Assembly: GCA_963774265.1 (NCBI GenBank)
Contig: CAVZDU010000003.1
Location: 224,001-288,000, forward strand
Source of the DNA: an uncultured Chloroflexia bacterium
Lineage (GTDB): Bacteria > Chloroflexota > Anaerolineae > CG2-30-64-16
Direction: 5' to 3'
DNA: 64,000 nucleotides
Shown here: piece by piece, positions 31,835 to 41,708 of the stretch
Layout: each line of letters begins with the position of its first letter
How positions within the stretch are numbered: position 1 is the first letter of the stretch
The notes under the pieces: generated by a model
The model's database searches: none
Told to the model about the DNA's origin: nothing
Seen by the model: the letters and a program-made list of their open reading frames with translations, nothing else
Program-made: the position numbers and the translations under genes

Positions 31835-32761
31835 TCAAACCCTTCGTCCGGCCAACGCCATGAAGACATCTTCCAGGGTCGGGTCTGCCGGCTCGACCTG
31901 CGCGCTAAACCCCATCCCCTCGAGCGTCGACTGCAAAGAATCCGCCGTGTGCTGGCCGGCCAGCGTGATGGCATGCAGGTGATCTCCGCGCAAGCCCACC
32001 TGGAACACCCCTGGCATTCGTTCCACGGCCTCGAGCGCGGGGATCAGGCGGTCCACCACCAGGTTCCAGGCCGGTCCGGGCAAGGTGTCACGCTTGAGCG
32101 CGGATGGGGTGTCCATGGCCAGGAGTCTGCCTGCGCTCATGATGCCCAGGCGGCCGCAATATTCAGCTTCGTCCATGAAATGCGTGCTCACGAAAACGGT
32201 GGCGCCGGCCTGCGCCAGCTCGTCGATCGTATCCCAGAAGACGCGCCGTGCCACCGGATCCACGCCGCTGGTCGGCTCATCCAGGAAGAGCAGCCGCGGC
32301 TGGTGGACCAGGGCAATGGCCAATGCCAGGCGCTGGCGCCAGCCGCCGGAAACCTGCCCTGCCCGCTCGTTCTGCCTGCCGTTGAGCCCCACCAGTTCCA
32401 GGACTTCCTGCTGGCGCCGGCGCTGATCCGCGGCGGAGAGTCCATAGATGCCGGCATAAAACGCCAGGTTCTCGGCCATGGTCAGCTCGTCGTACAGCGC
32501 GAACTTCTGGCTCATGTAGCCTACCAGCGGGCGGATGGCCTCGGTCTGGCGGACGACATCGAACCCCAGCACCTCGGCGCGGCCGGCGGTTGGGCGCAGC
32601 AGACCCAATAGCATGCGGATAGTGGTGGTTTTGCCCGAGCCGTTGGGGCCCAGGTAGCCCACCACCTCACCGGCCTGCACCTCGAACGAGACATCCTCGA
32701 CCGCAGTGAAGTCGCCGAACCGCTTGGTCAGCCCATCGGCCAGCACGGCCAGGTCAGCCAC
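31835..32761 (-). CDS. ABC-2 exporter ATP-binding protein
   Basis: GPNGSGKTT, VSGGWRQR, LDEPTSGVDP. Confidence 0.93.
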   Translation of the reverse strand: MADLAVLADGLTKRFGDFTAVEDVSFEVQAGEVVGYLGPNGSGKTTTIRMLLGLLRPTAGRAEVLGFDVVRQTEAIRPLVGYMSQKFALYDELTMAENLAFYAGIYGLSAADQRRRQQEVLELVGLNGRQNERAGQVSGGWRQRLALAIALVHQPRLLFLDEPTSGVDPVARRVFWDTIDELAQAGATVFVSTHFMDEAEYCGRLGIMSAGRLLAMDTPSALKRDTLPGPAWNLVVDRLIPALEAVERMPGVFQVGLRGDHLHAITLAGQHTADSLQSTLEGMGFSAQVEPADPTLEDVFMALAGRRV

Positions 32762-33750
32762 GCGTCACCTCCGGCCCCGCGCCTTGCAATGTGGAGATGA
32801 AGACGTCTTCCAGCGATGGCGCGATGGGTCTGCAAGCCATGCACCCGAACGCCCGCATCCTCAAGCGCGCGCAACAGACGCTTGCTAATCTTATCTTCCG
32901 GCCAGCCAGCTCGCGCCCCCACGTCCTCCTGCACCCTGATATCGCCCTCCGTGCTCTCTGTCAATCGCAGATGCAGCAACTCGCCAAAGGTGGCGACATC
33001 CTCCACCTCAGGATCGGCCTGGCAGACCTGGCGCGCCAGGCCCTTGGGTTCGGCCTTCAATTCAAAGATGCGGCCGACCAGCGGAGTCACCAGCTCGCGC
33101 GGTGAACCGGTCGTGAGCAGGCGGCCGGCGACCATGAAGCCCAGGCGGCTGCAGCGAACCGCCTCGTCCATGTAGGGCGTGCTCACCACCACCCCCGCGC
33201 CTTCGGCCAACAGGCGGATGATCAACTGCCAGAAGTCCTGCCGCGTGACCGGGTCCACGCCGCCTGTAGGCTCGTCCAACAGGAGAAGCGGCGGGCGATG
33301 AATCAGGGCGCAGGCCAGCCCCAGCTTCTGCTTCATTCCGCCAGAAAGTGCACTGGCCAGCCGGTCCGCAAATCCGGCCAGCCCCACAAAACCCAGAAGC
33401 TCCCGCACGCGGCCGGGCAGGATCTTGCGGTCGATGCCCCGGACTGAACCGAAGAAGGTCAGATTCTCGTGGACCGTCAGATCGCCGTAGAGCGAGAAGC
33501 GCTGGGGCAGGTAACCGATTGCGGACCGGGCTTTTTCAGCGTGCCGGGCCAGGTCGTGCCCAACGATGGTCACATGGCCGCGCTCCAGGCTAAGTGCGCC
33601 GACCATCAGGCGTATGGCCGTGGTTTTGCCCGCGCCGTCGGGCCCGACCAGCCCATAGGCTTCGCCCGGCTCGACAATCAGCGAGATGCCGTCTACTGCG
33701 GTCAGGTTGCCAAAGTGCTTGGTCAGGCCGGTCGCTTCCAGGAGGGCCAT
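32728..33750 (-). CDS. ABC-2 exporter ATP-binding protein (3' end probably frameshifted)
   Basis: GPDGAGKTT, LSGGMKQK, LDEPTGGVDP. Confidence 0.92.
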   Translation of the reverse strand: MALLEATGLTKHFGNLTAVDGISLIVEPGEAYGLVGPDGAGKTTAIRLMVGALSLERGHVTIVGHDLARHAEKARSAIGYLPQRFSLYGDLTVHENLTFFGSVRGIDRKILPGRVRELLGFVGLAGFADRLASALSGGMKQKLGLACALIHRPPLLLLDEPTGGVDPVTRQDFWQLIIRLLAEGAGVVVSTPYMDEAVRCSRLGFMVAGRLLTTGSPRELVTPLVGRIFELKAEPKGLARQVCQADPEVEDVATFGELLHLRLTESTEGDIRVQEDVGARAGWPEDKISKRLLRALEDAGVRVHGLQTHRAIAGRRLHLHIARRGAGGDAWLTWPCWPMG

Positions 33751-33756
33751 CGACGC

Positions 33757-35136
33757 CTACTTTCCGAACACGATATCCGCGGGCATGCCCGGCTTGAGCT
33801 CCCCGTCCGGATTCTCGACTGCCACCTTGACCGCAAAGACCACCGCGCGACGCCCCGCAGGGGTCTGGACGTTGCGCGGGGTGTACTCGCCTTTGTCTGC
33901 GATTCGCTGCACCGTTCCGGCGAAGACACGGTCCGGGAACGAATCAACGGTCACCTGGGTTGCCTGGCCGACCTTGATTGTCCCATACCGGTCCTCGGGA
34001 AGGTACACCGTGACGGTCAAATGCTGGAGGTCGCCCAGGACGAGCAGCGCACCGCCCGGCAGCGCCACTTCGCCCGGCTCAACGGACCGGCTGAGGATGA
34101 TCCCGTCGATCGACGCCTTGATCGTCATACGGGCCAACTGCTCGTCACTGACATCCAGGCCTGCTTGGGCGGCGGCCACCTGGCCTCGCGCCGCCTCAGT
34201 TTGCGCCTGGACTGCCGCGACCTGGGCCTCGGCGACCCTGACTTGTTCCGGCCGAGCGCCGGCTCGCAGCAACGCCAGGCGGGCCTCCTCGGCGCGCAGC
34301 CCCGCGCCCGCGCTGGCCAGGGAAGCTTCGGTCTGGCTGACCGCGGCCGAAGCCTGAATGATGCCGGCCTGGGCCTGTTCGACGCCAGCGCGCACCTGGT
34401 CCAACTCCGGCGTCGTCGCGCCCTTCACCAGCGCGTCGTAACTGGCTTGTGCAGCTTGCAGCGCCAGTGTGGCGCGTTCCAGTGCCAGCGCTTGCGGCAT
34501 CGCTCCCGCGTCGACCCGGTCCCTGATCTTGTCGTAGTCGGCCTGGGCCAGGCGAACAGCCGCAGCGGCCTGCTGGACCTGTACGAGCGCCTGCTCGATC
34601 ACTTCCGCGCGAGGGCCGCCCTTGACCTGGGCGTATTTCGCAACTGCCTGGCCGCGCAGGGCTTGCGAGGCTTGTAAGGCGCCGCGGGCCTGCTCCAGTT
34701 GCGCCTGCGCGATGTCGACGCGGGCTAGTGCCGCGGCCACAGCTTCTTCTTCGGCCCGGATCTCCTGAACCCGCGCACCCGCGCGCACCTGGTCCAGCTG
34801 GGCCTGGGCGGCTGCGGTGTTGGCCTCGGCTGCGGCCAACGTGCCCTGGGCCGCGGCAAGCGCCGCCTCAGCCTGTTTGCGCTGTGCCAGAAGTAAGGCT
34901 GTGTCGAACGCCACCAGCTCCTGCCCGGCCCGGACGGCGTCGCCTTCGCCGGCATTGACTGTGATGACGCGGCCCGAGCTTTCGGCGGAGACCGTCACCT
35001 CCGTTGCTTCGATGGTCCCCGAGACGGTGTCGGCCCCGTTGCCGGCTGCGTTGCGCCCCTGCCACCACCAATACCCGGCTCCCGCCAGCGCCACGATGAG
35101 CAGTATTGGTAATATCCGGCGAATGGTGCCATGCAT
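33757..35136 (-). CDS. HlyD-family membrane fusion protein (YbhG-like)
   Basis: N-terminal TM, SGTIEA, long coiled coil, EYTPRNVQT, LKPGMPAD. Confidence 0.92.
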   Translation of the reverse strand: MHGTIRRILPILLIVALAGAGYWWWQGRNAAGNGADTVSGTIEATEVTVSAESSGRVITVNAGEGDAVRAGQELVAFDTALLLAQRKQAEAALAAAQGTLAAAEANTAAAQAQLDQVRAGARVQEIRAEEEAVAAALARVDIAQAQLEQARGALQASQALRGQAVAKYAQVKGGPRAEVIEQALVQVQQAAAAVRLAQADYDKIRDRVDAGAMPQALALERATLALQAAQASYDALVKGATTPELDQVRAGVEQAQAGIIQASAAVSQTEASLASAGAGLRAEEARLALLRAGARPEQVRVAEAQVAAVQAQTEAARGQVAAAQAGLDVSDEQLARMTIKASIDGIILSRSVEPGEVALPGGALLVLGDLQHLTVTVYLPEDRYGTIKVGQATQVTVDSFPDRVFAGTVQRIADKGEYTPRNVQTPAGRRAVVFAVKVAVENPDGELKPGMPADIVFGK

Positions 35137-35168
35137 ATCGTTCTCCTTGGTTCGATGATCCGGCGTGC

Positions 35169-36302
35169 TCAGTCCAGCCGCTTGCGGAACCGCAAGGCCG
35201 CGCTGCCCATGATGACGACGGCAAAAATGCCTAACGCGATAACCTGATCCCACAGCACATCGATGGCCACCCCCTTGAGCATGATGCCGCGCGTGATGAT
35301 CAGGAAGTAGCGCAACGGAATGACGTGGCTGAAAGCCTGCAAGTACCAGGGCATTCCCGCGAGCGGGAAGAAGAAGCCGGAAAGAAAGATCGCGGGCAAC
35401 AAGAAGAACATGCTGGTCAGCATGGCTTCTTGCTGCGTGTTGGCCAGGGTCGAGACGAACAGCCCCAGGCCTAGTGTCGATACCAGGAACAGGCCAGACA
35501 GCAAGAGCAGCAGGGGCAGGCTGCCGTTGATGGGCACGCCGAACATCAGCACTCCGGCGCCGATGATCTCGGCCATGTCGATCATGGCGATCAGCACATA
35601 GGGGGTCAGCTTGCCCACCACCAGTTCGACTGACCTCAGCGGCGTGACGATGAGCTGTTCGATTGTGCCGCGTTCGCGCTCGCGTACGATGGACGTGGAA
35701 GTCAGCAGGGTGGTCATCATCATCAGGATCAGGCCGATCAGGGCCGGGATCATGTAATAGGAGGAGAGCAGGTCGGGGTTATACCAGACCTGAGTGCGCA
35801 CCTCTACGGGCATCTGTGTCACCGCAGACTGGCCGCGGCTGGCTGCGCGCTCGACGATCAGGTTCGTGGCCTTGGTCTGGCCGATCATGGTGGCCGCCGA
35901 GAGCGCAGTGTTGGCGATCGCAGGGTCCGAACCGTCGACAATCATGGCTACCTGCGCGGTCTGGCCGCCTGCGATCCGGGTCGAGTAATCGGGCGGGATG
36001 ATCAGTCCCGCGCGGGCCTGGCCGCCGTCGATCAACCGGCGCAGTTCGTCTTCACTGTCGACATCATAATCCAGGTGGAAATAGTCGGCCGCCCGGTAGG
36101 CATCCAGCAGCTGGCGGGAGGCCCAGGAGCGATCCTGATCCCATACGGCCAGCGGCACGTTGCGGACATCGTTGGTCGCCGCGTAGCCGAGCAGGAAGAT
36201 CTGCATCACAGGCATGATGAAGGTGATGCCCAGGGTGCGGGGGTCACGCACGATCTGGATGAATTCCTTGCGGATCAACGAAAGCAGGCGGCGGAAATTC
36301 AT
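35169..36302 (-). CDS. ABC-2 permease (YbhR/S-like)
   Basis: KEFIQIVRD, WYNPDL, RERERGTIEQLIVTP, LSGFFFP. Confidence 0.93.
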   Translation of the reverse strand: MNFRRLLSLIRKEFIQIVRDPRTLGITFIMPVMQIFLLGYAATNDVRNVPLAVWDQDRSWASRQLLDAYRAADYFHLDYDVDSEDELRRLIDGGQARAGLIIPPDYSTRIAGGQTAQVAMIVDGSDPAIANTALSAATMIGQTKATNLIVERAASRGQSAVTQMPVEVRTQVWYNPDLLSSYYMIPALIGLILMMMTTLLTSTSIVRERERGTIEQLIVTPLRSVELVVGKLTPYVLIAMIDMAEIIGAGVLMFGVPINGSLPLLLLLSGLFLVSTLGLGLFVSTLANTQQEAMLTSMFFLLPAIFLSGFFFPLAGMPWYLQAFSHVIPLRYFLIITRGIMLKGVAIDVLWDQVIALGIFAVVIMGSAALRFRKRLD

Positions 36303-36949
36303 GTGCCCGCAGCTCCTTCTCTGTTTTCATGCGGCGATCTCAGCACACCGTGCAGAAAGACGTCCACCAGCGCCTCTGACCAGTCGATACCGGAAAATTG
36401 GGGAATTCGATCCGTCTTGACCACCCGCTGAGTCAGCATGAAGCCGGAGAGCAGGCTGACCAGCGTCCGGAGGAACACCAGGAAGGGGATATCTCGCAGC
36501 CGGGCGTGGCCAGCCGCGGCGTCCAGCGCGACCAGCCGCTGATACCACACGTGCGCCTGGGGCAATATCTGGGGCAGAAAAGCGGCCACCGCCGCGCCAT
36601 CGCGTTCCTGGGCGTCGATCAGGGCCAGCTGAAGATAATCCTGATGGTCGGTGATGAATCCCAGCGAAGCTCGAAACATCTGGCGCACCAGATCCTCCGG
36701 CGTATCGGCTTCCATTCTGCTGAACAGGGCGAACAACTGGTCATAGGGCGCGGCATCTAGTAGCAGAGTGGTGAAGAGCTTATCCTTGCTGGGATAATGG
36801 TTGTAGATGGCAGCCGGGGTGATGCCCACCTCTTGGGCGATCTGGCGCATGGGCGTGGCGGTGAAGCCCTGGCTTAGGAACAGCCTCTTGGCCGCGGCCA
36901 GGATGTCCTGGCGGGTCTGCTCTCCCCTCGTGATCTGTGGCTCTTCCAC
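36299..36949 (-). CDS. TetR/AcrR family regulator
   Basis: ILAAAKRLFLSQGF..MRQIAQEVGITPAAIYNHYPSK HTH; GTG start after GGGAG. Confidence 0.92.
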   Translation of the reverse strand: MEEPQITRGEQTRQDILAAAKRLFLSQGFTATPMRQIAQEVGITPAAIYNHYPSKDKLFTTLLLDAAPYDQLFALFSRMEADTPEDLVRQMFRASLGFITDHQDYLQLALIDAQERDGAAVAAFLPQILPQAHVWYQRLVALDAAAGHARLRDIPFLVFLRTLVSLLSGFMLTQRVVKTDRIPQFSGIDWSEALVDVFLHGVLRSPHENREGAAGT

Positions 36950-36960
36950 GACGCGCTCCC

Positions 36961-37011
36961 ATATAAACGAACGTTCAGTTATATTCTCGCGCAAGGGGTG
37001 AACCTTGTCAA
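36961..37011 (-). promoter_or_regulatory. TetR promoter with overlapping operator palindrome
   Basis: TTGACA-17-GAGAAT on the minus strand; imperfect palindrome ATATAAACGAACGTTCAGTTATAT at 36961-36984. Confidence 0.65.
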
Positions 37012-37224
37012 GTAGGCCACGCGACTGCAACGTGGCTTCGCCCGTTGCATTCACCATGAATTTTCTTTTGAGGTTGTTTTATGGTAACATTCGCGCCAGA
37101 CAACACAAAGCCCCGTACGGTCTGAACACCGCCGGGACTGCGACCAGAGGAGACGCGTCTCGGACACCCTGGTAAGGCGGTTCTGCACTCGTATGGAACG
37201 ATTTGGATTTGCTGGAGGTTATCG

Positions 37225-38559
37225 ATGCTCGATGAAAGCCAGCAGAGCAGCCTGGCATCGTGGGTCAACAAGAACAGCAAGCGATTGAATGATAGCGTGG
37301 CACGGGCGCGGTCTCAGGCCGATTTCCGCGCCGTGCTGGCAGAAGCCACGGCATACTTCGATCAACTGCGTTCCGAGCGTGATACCCATGCCGAGGCGCT
37401 TGCCGATATCCTTCAGCGCCTCGAGCAAGGCCCTTCGAGCCAACAACAAGCGGCAACCTGGGCGAGGACCGAAACTGAGCTTCGGCAAGACGCCGAGATA
37501 CAGAAACAGGTCATTGGGGAATTTGACCGACACATCGATGCGTGTGAGGCCTTAATCGCGTGGGTGGAGGGGGAGCTCGCGCCAGTCGCGATGGTCGGCG
37601 CAGCAGCCCCCGCCGTACCATCTGCCACACGCCAACCCTTTTTGGCGTCGAAGACGAGGTGGGCGCTGGCAGTCGCGTTGGGCATCGTCGGCATTCTGGT
37701 GGCTGTCGGACTGCTTCTCCCATCCCTGAAGGAGGCACGATCGGCTTCGGGAGCGCAAGCTGTCGCAACAGCGGTCAAGCCAGTAGTGACCCAGCCCGCG
37801 CAAGCACTGTTACCCAGCGCCAAGACGCCGACCCGTGAACAAGGAGTGCCCGGCAGCGCTGCTGATTCCCTGGCGACTCCAACCTCAGCCGCCGCAACTG
37901 CTGAGCTCGCTAAAGCGGCCGAGCCTTCCCCCAGGGCCTCGGAAACGGCGACAGCGCGCCCGACGTCGACAAGGACGCCATCACCGGCGTCCACTGCGAC
38001 ACCCACGGCGACCCGGATGTTACAGCCCTCGCCGACGCCCACCGCCACCCGAACGTTGCAGCCCTCGCCGACGTCACTTCCCTCAACCACGGGTACGCCG
38101 GGCCGGACGCCCACCTTGCAGGTGGTCAGCCCCACTGTCAGGGTAGCTACATCGGTGCCGTCCAGAGCGTCATCGACGCCGATAAGCCCTAGCGCGGCAA
38201 TCCTGCTCGAACCGCATCCCAATGAGACACTGAGTGGCAACGTGAAATTCGCGTGGCAGCCTGTCGGACCGCTTCCGTCGGGCGCCGCGTACGAAGTTGT
38301 GTGGTGGAACACAGATGAGGACTCCACTAACGCACGTGGGATCGCGGCAACGACTACAGAAACATCCCTGACTGCAAACCTGGATTATCTCTATTCGTCT
38401 GGGCAAGCCCGCAGTAAGGATTTCTACTGGACTGTGATCGTCGTCCAGACAACGCCATATGCCAGACTGACCCAACCCGCACAGAGCGGCCCGCAGCTCC
38501 TCACGTACGCCTCGTCCGCAGGAGGAGCACCATCGCCGCCTACGAATCCCTTGGACTAG
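37225..38559 (+). CDS. Hypothetical single-pass membrane protein: helical N-terminus, TM, Thr/Pro linker, C-terminal beta domain
   Basis: GGAGG RBS; TM WALAVALGIVGILVAVGLLL; TPTAT repeats; FAWQP..YEVVWW..FYWTV. Confidence 0.75.
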   Translation: MLDESQQSSLASWVNKNSKRLNDSVARARSQADFRAVLAEATAYFDQLRSERDTHAEALADILQRLEQGPSSQQQAATWARTETELRQDAEIQKQVIGEFDRHIDACEALIAWVEGELAPVAMVGAAAPAVPSATRQPFLASKTRWALAVALGIVGILVAVGLLLPSLKEARSASGAQAVATAVKPVVTQPAQALLPSAKTPTREQGVPGSAADSLATPTSAAATAELAKAAEPSPRASETATARPTSTRTPSPASTATPTATRMLQPSPTPTATRTLQPSPTSLPSTTGTPGRTPTLQVVSPTVRVATSVPSRASSTPISPSAAILLEPHPNETLSGNVKFAWQPVGPLPSGAAYEVVWWNTDEDSTNARGIAATTTETSLTANLDYLYSSGQARSKDFYWTVIVVQTTPYARLTQPAQSGPQLLTYASSAGGAPSPPTNPLD

Positions 38560-38654
38560 TAGAGAAGGCTCGGGGCGGATTTGTTCGACGGGTCGGCTGT
38601 GAGGCGAGCAACGGCCTGAGCGACTGCTCAGTTGTATTTGTTTGGAGTGCTGAG

Positions 38655-40708
38655 ATGCAGGAAAAAGCAACGCAGAGGAATCTGCGGCTCATGATTGTGC
38701 GATTGCTGCTAATTGCTAGTTTGATTCAGTGCGGCTCGGCCGGATTTCACTCTTCGTTGGCTGCATCGGCGGAAACCACGGGTTCGATCGAGCGCGCCTG
38801 GGAGCGCGTGGCTCAGACCGGCCAGATGGTCAGATCGTTGGCAGCGTCACTTGCCGATCCTAACCTGTCTTCGCGGCTGTTTACGATCCGGACAGCGGTG
38901 ATCCGGACGGCGGAGGTGTGTATCGCAGCCGTGATGGCGGGCGTTCCTGGGAGACCAGCCCTTTGTTCGGCAACAACGGGCTAGCCTACCTGGGGGTTCA
39001 AACCATCGCGGTGTGCCCATCGGGCCAGGTGTTTGCCGGCACCTGGGGTGGCGGCGTGTATCGCGCTGAAGCTGCTTCATGGAAGCCGGTCAACGGCGGC
39101 AATGATGATCTGTATACCACGGCTCTGAACTGCGACAGCCTGGGCCGGCTTTTTGTGGGCACCGCGAGCACAGGCGTGTTCAGGTCCGTCAACGCTGGCG
39201 ATTCCTGGAGCGCCGTGAACGCCGGGCTGACCAATCAAACTATCCTGACAATCCGCTCCCTGGACACCAAGGTCTTTGTCGGCACTGGAGACGGCGCTTT
39301 CAATTCCACCGACGGCGGGAACAGTTGGAATGCCTCTGCCCTTCAGGGTCAGCGGGTCTTCGATTTCGAGTTTGATCCGACAAATCCGCAGAGAGTGTGG
39401 GCCGCAACGACGACCGCAGGTGTTTTCACCAGCTGGGATGGTGGCGCAACCTGGAGCCCTGTTGGCGCCCCCCTGGAAGCCTATTCGGTTGCCCGCGATG
39501 TCGACGGCAAGCTCTACGCTGGAACCCGGTCAAACGGGGTCTACCGCTTCATCGGTGGGCAGTGGGTGTCTCAGCAGATGGCTGCTGCAAGGGTTTACTA
39601 CTTGCGTTCCTTCGGCAATCTGAGGCCACGGATCGTTGCTGGAACCAACGATGGCATCTGGGCGCCACCCATGCCCCAAGTGCATGTCAGCCTACGCAAC
39701 GATCCCAGGACGATGGTGTCCAACGGCGCACAGCTTACCTACTATTTTGATTACTGGGGTGACGGAGTCGGCATTGTTTCGAATGTCAACGTCACAAACA
39801 TCATTCCCGCGGGCACAGTCCTCATACTGGGCTCGATCACACCGGCCGACAACAGCTCAGTGACGGGTCGCCAGGTCTCGTGGCACTTTGACAGCTTGGA
39901 CCCCGACACCCATCGCGGCACCCTCTCGTACCGTGTACAGACATGTGTGGCGATTAGCGCTCAAGTTACTCCGTCCGGTGCAGGGAGCATCTCTTTGCCG
40001 CCCCCCAACTGCCCTGGCAGCAATCGGTATATACCGGGCGTCGCACTGGAAATCGCGACATCTATCAACAGCGGCCACATCTTTCGGAACTGGACCGCGA
40101 CGCCAGGGAATTTCGGCGACGCAAATCTCACACACACCACGTTCATCCCCGGCAACGCCGACACAATACTGACCGCGCAGTTCGACGCCTGGACTCCAAC
40201 GCCGACCAACACACCGACCGAGACGCCGACCGAGACGCCGACAAGCACGCCGACCGAGACGCCGACTAGCACGCCGACCGAGACGCCGACGTCAACCATC
40301 ACGCCGACGCCAACCGATACGCCGGTAGAGGCGCCGACTAACACGCCGACGCCAACCCGAACCCCAACGCCATCCAGAACGCCGTTTCAGCCGCCATTTA
40401 TAACCCGGACCGCGACACCCACCGAGACGCCGGCACCGACCGCGACACCCACCGAGACGCTGGTACCGCTCGATGCGCGCTCTGGCAGGCTGAGTGCGCC
40501 TGCCGGCATGCCGCCACTGCCGGCGGACCAGACCCAGCGAACACTGGCTCAGGAGGGCATGCTCGGCGCAATGGCCGTAATGTCAGCGAGCCCTGTCATC
40601 AACAACGGGGCGACCGTGACGTGGCAGTATGGCGGGATTCAGTACAATGCTATTTCGAATTCGACCGTCAATGGCCTTTGGATCTTCCTACCGATCATCT
40701 TGAGATGA
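38655..40708 (+). CDS. Secreted BNR/Asp-box propeller protein with DUF11-like and Ig-like domains, PT repeats and C-terminal FLPIILR motif (frameshift near 38880)
   Basis: S.DGG.SW repeats, TPTETP repeats, ends [10 protein letters not shown]. Confidence 0.8.
40195..40460 (+). repeat. Coding 12-bp-period repeats (Thr-Pro linker)
   Basis: ACGCCGACCGAG-like units encoding TPTE/TPTS. Confidence 0.8.
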
Positions 40709-40717
40709 TCCACGCAC

Positions 40718-40905
40718 AAGGCCTCCGAAACCGCACGGTCGAAACCGCACGGTCGAAACCGCACGGTCGAAACCGCACGGTCGAAACCGCACGGTCGAAA
40801 CCGCACGGTCGAAACCGCACGGTCGAAACCGCACGGTCGAAACCGCACGGTCGAAACCGCACGGTCGAAACCGCACGGTCGAAACCGCACGGTCCCGGAG
40901 GCCTT
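40718..40905. repeat. 12 perfect copies of a 14 bp unit enclosed by a 10 bp inverted repeat
   Basis: GAAACCGCACGGTC x12 at 40727-40894; AAGGCCTCCG at 40718-40727 and CGGAGGCCTT at 40896-40905. Confidence 0.97.
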
Positions 40906-40929
40906 TATCGCTTCGCAAGCGAATCCAGG

Positions 40930-41703
40930 TTACTTAACCCCGTCGAGCCCCAACTGCTGCCGGCGATAGAGCTCATCCGGACGGGTGTGGATGCGCGCCA
41001 CGTCGTGCTCCGACATGAAGCGCGGCCCGCCCGCGGCAAATGTGCCTAACAGGATGCGTGCGGCCTTGACCGCCATTGCCGTGACGTCGAGCACATGCTG
41101 CGGACTCTTGCCCAGCACGATCAGGCCGTGGTTCTGGATCAGGATCACCTTGGGCTGTTCGCCGTACTGATCCATGTAGCGCTGGACGCGTGCCCACACC
41201 TCGACCGCCAACGGCACGCCCGGATCGGTGTAGCGAACCAACACCGGCGCCGGCCCGCACAGCACGATCTCATCCGGGAAGAGCCGGCCTGCGTACGCCT
41301 GCTCGAAGCCCACGGAGCAGGTGAGCATGTTCACCGCGGTGGCGTGCGTGTGGCCGATGAAGTTGATCCCCGGTAACTGTAGACATAACGCGTGCAGCAG
41401 CGTCTCCACGGAAGGATGGCCAGGCGCCGCCCCATCCACCTTGGCGGCAGCCAACCCCGCCTTCACGTCGGCATCTGTAAGGTTTTCACGCTTGACCAGG
41501 CCGAGGGCGCGGTCGAATGACACCTCCACGAACCCAGCGGCTGTGATGGTGCGCAGCTCGGTGCCGCTGGCCTTCACCCAGAAGGTCGCGTCGTCGACCC
41601 GGGCCGAGGTGTTGCCCTCTCCCAGGATCACATAATCCAGCTCCGGCCGCCCGAGGGTGTTCGACAGGGCGACCAGTTGCTCCAAAACGGTTTGCTCGGA
41701 CAT
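40930..41703 (-). CDS. Class II aldolase/adducin family protein (RhaD N-terminal-like)
   Basis: GEGNTS..VKASG, PSVETLLH, HTH, QNHGL; own ATG and RBS at 41703. Confidence 0.88.
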   Translation of the reverse strand: MSEQTVLEQLVALSNTLGRPELDYVILGEGNTSARVDDATFWVKASGTELRTITAAGFVEVSFDRALGLVKRENLTDADVKAGLAAAKVDGAAPGHPSVETLLHALCLQLPGINFIGHTHATAVNMLTCSVGFEQAYAGRLFPDEIVLCGPAPVLVRYTDPGVPLAVEVWARVQRYMDQYGEQPKVILIQNHGLIVLGKSPQHVLDVTAMAVKAARILLGTFAAGGPRFMSEHDVARIHTRPDELYRRQQLGLDGVK

Positions 41704-41708
41704 ATTTG

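Noticed and set aside
40727-40894. Possible CRISPR array, iterons or repeat-protein ORFs (40621-41049 and antisense)
   Set aside because: No spacers and no rep gene; the ORFs simply result from a stop-free 14-mer
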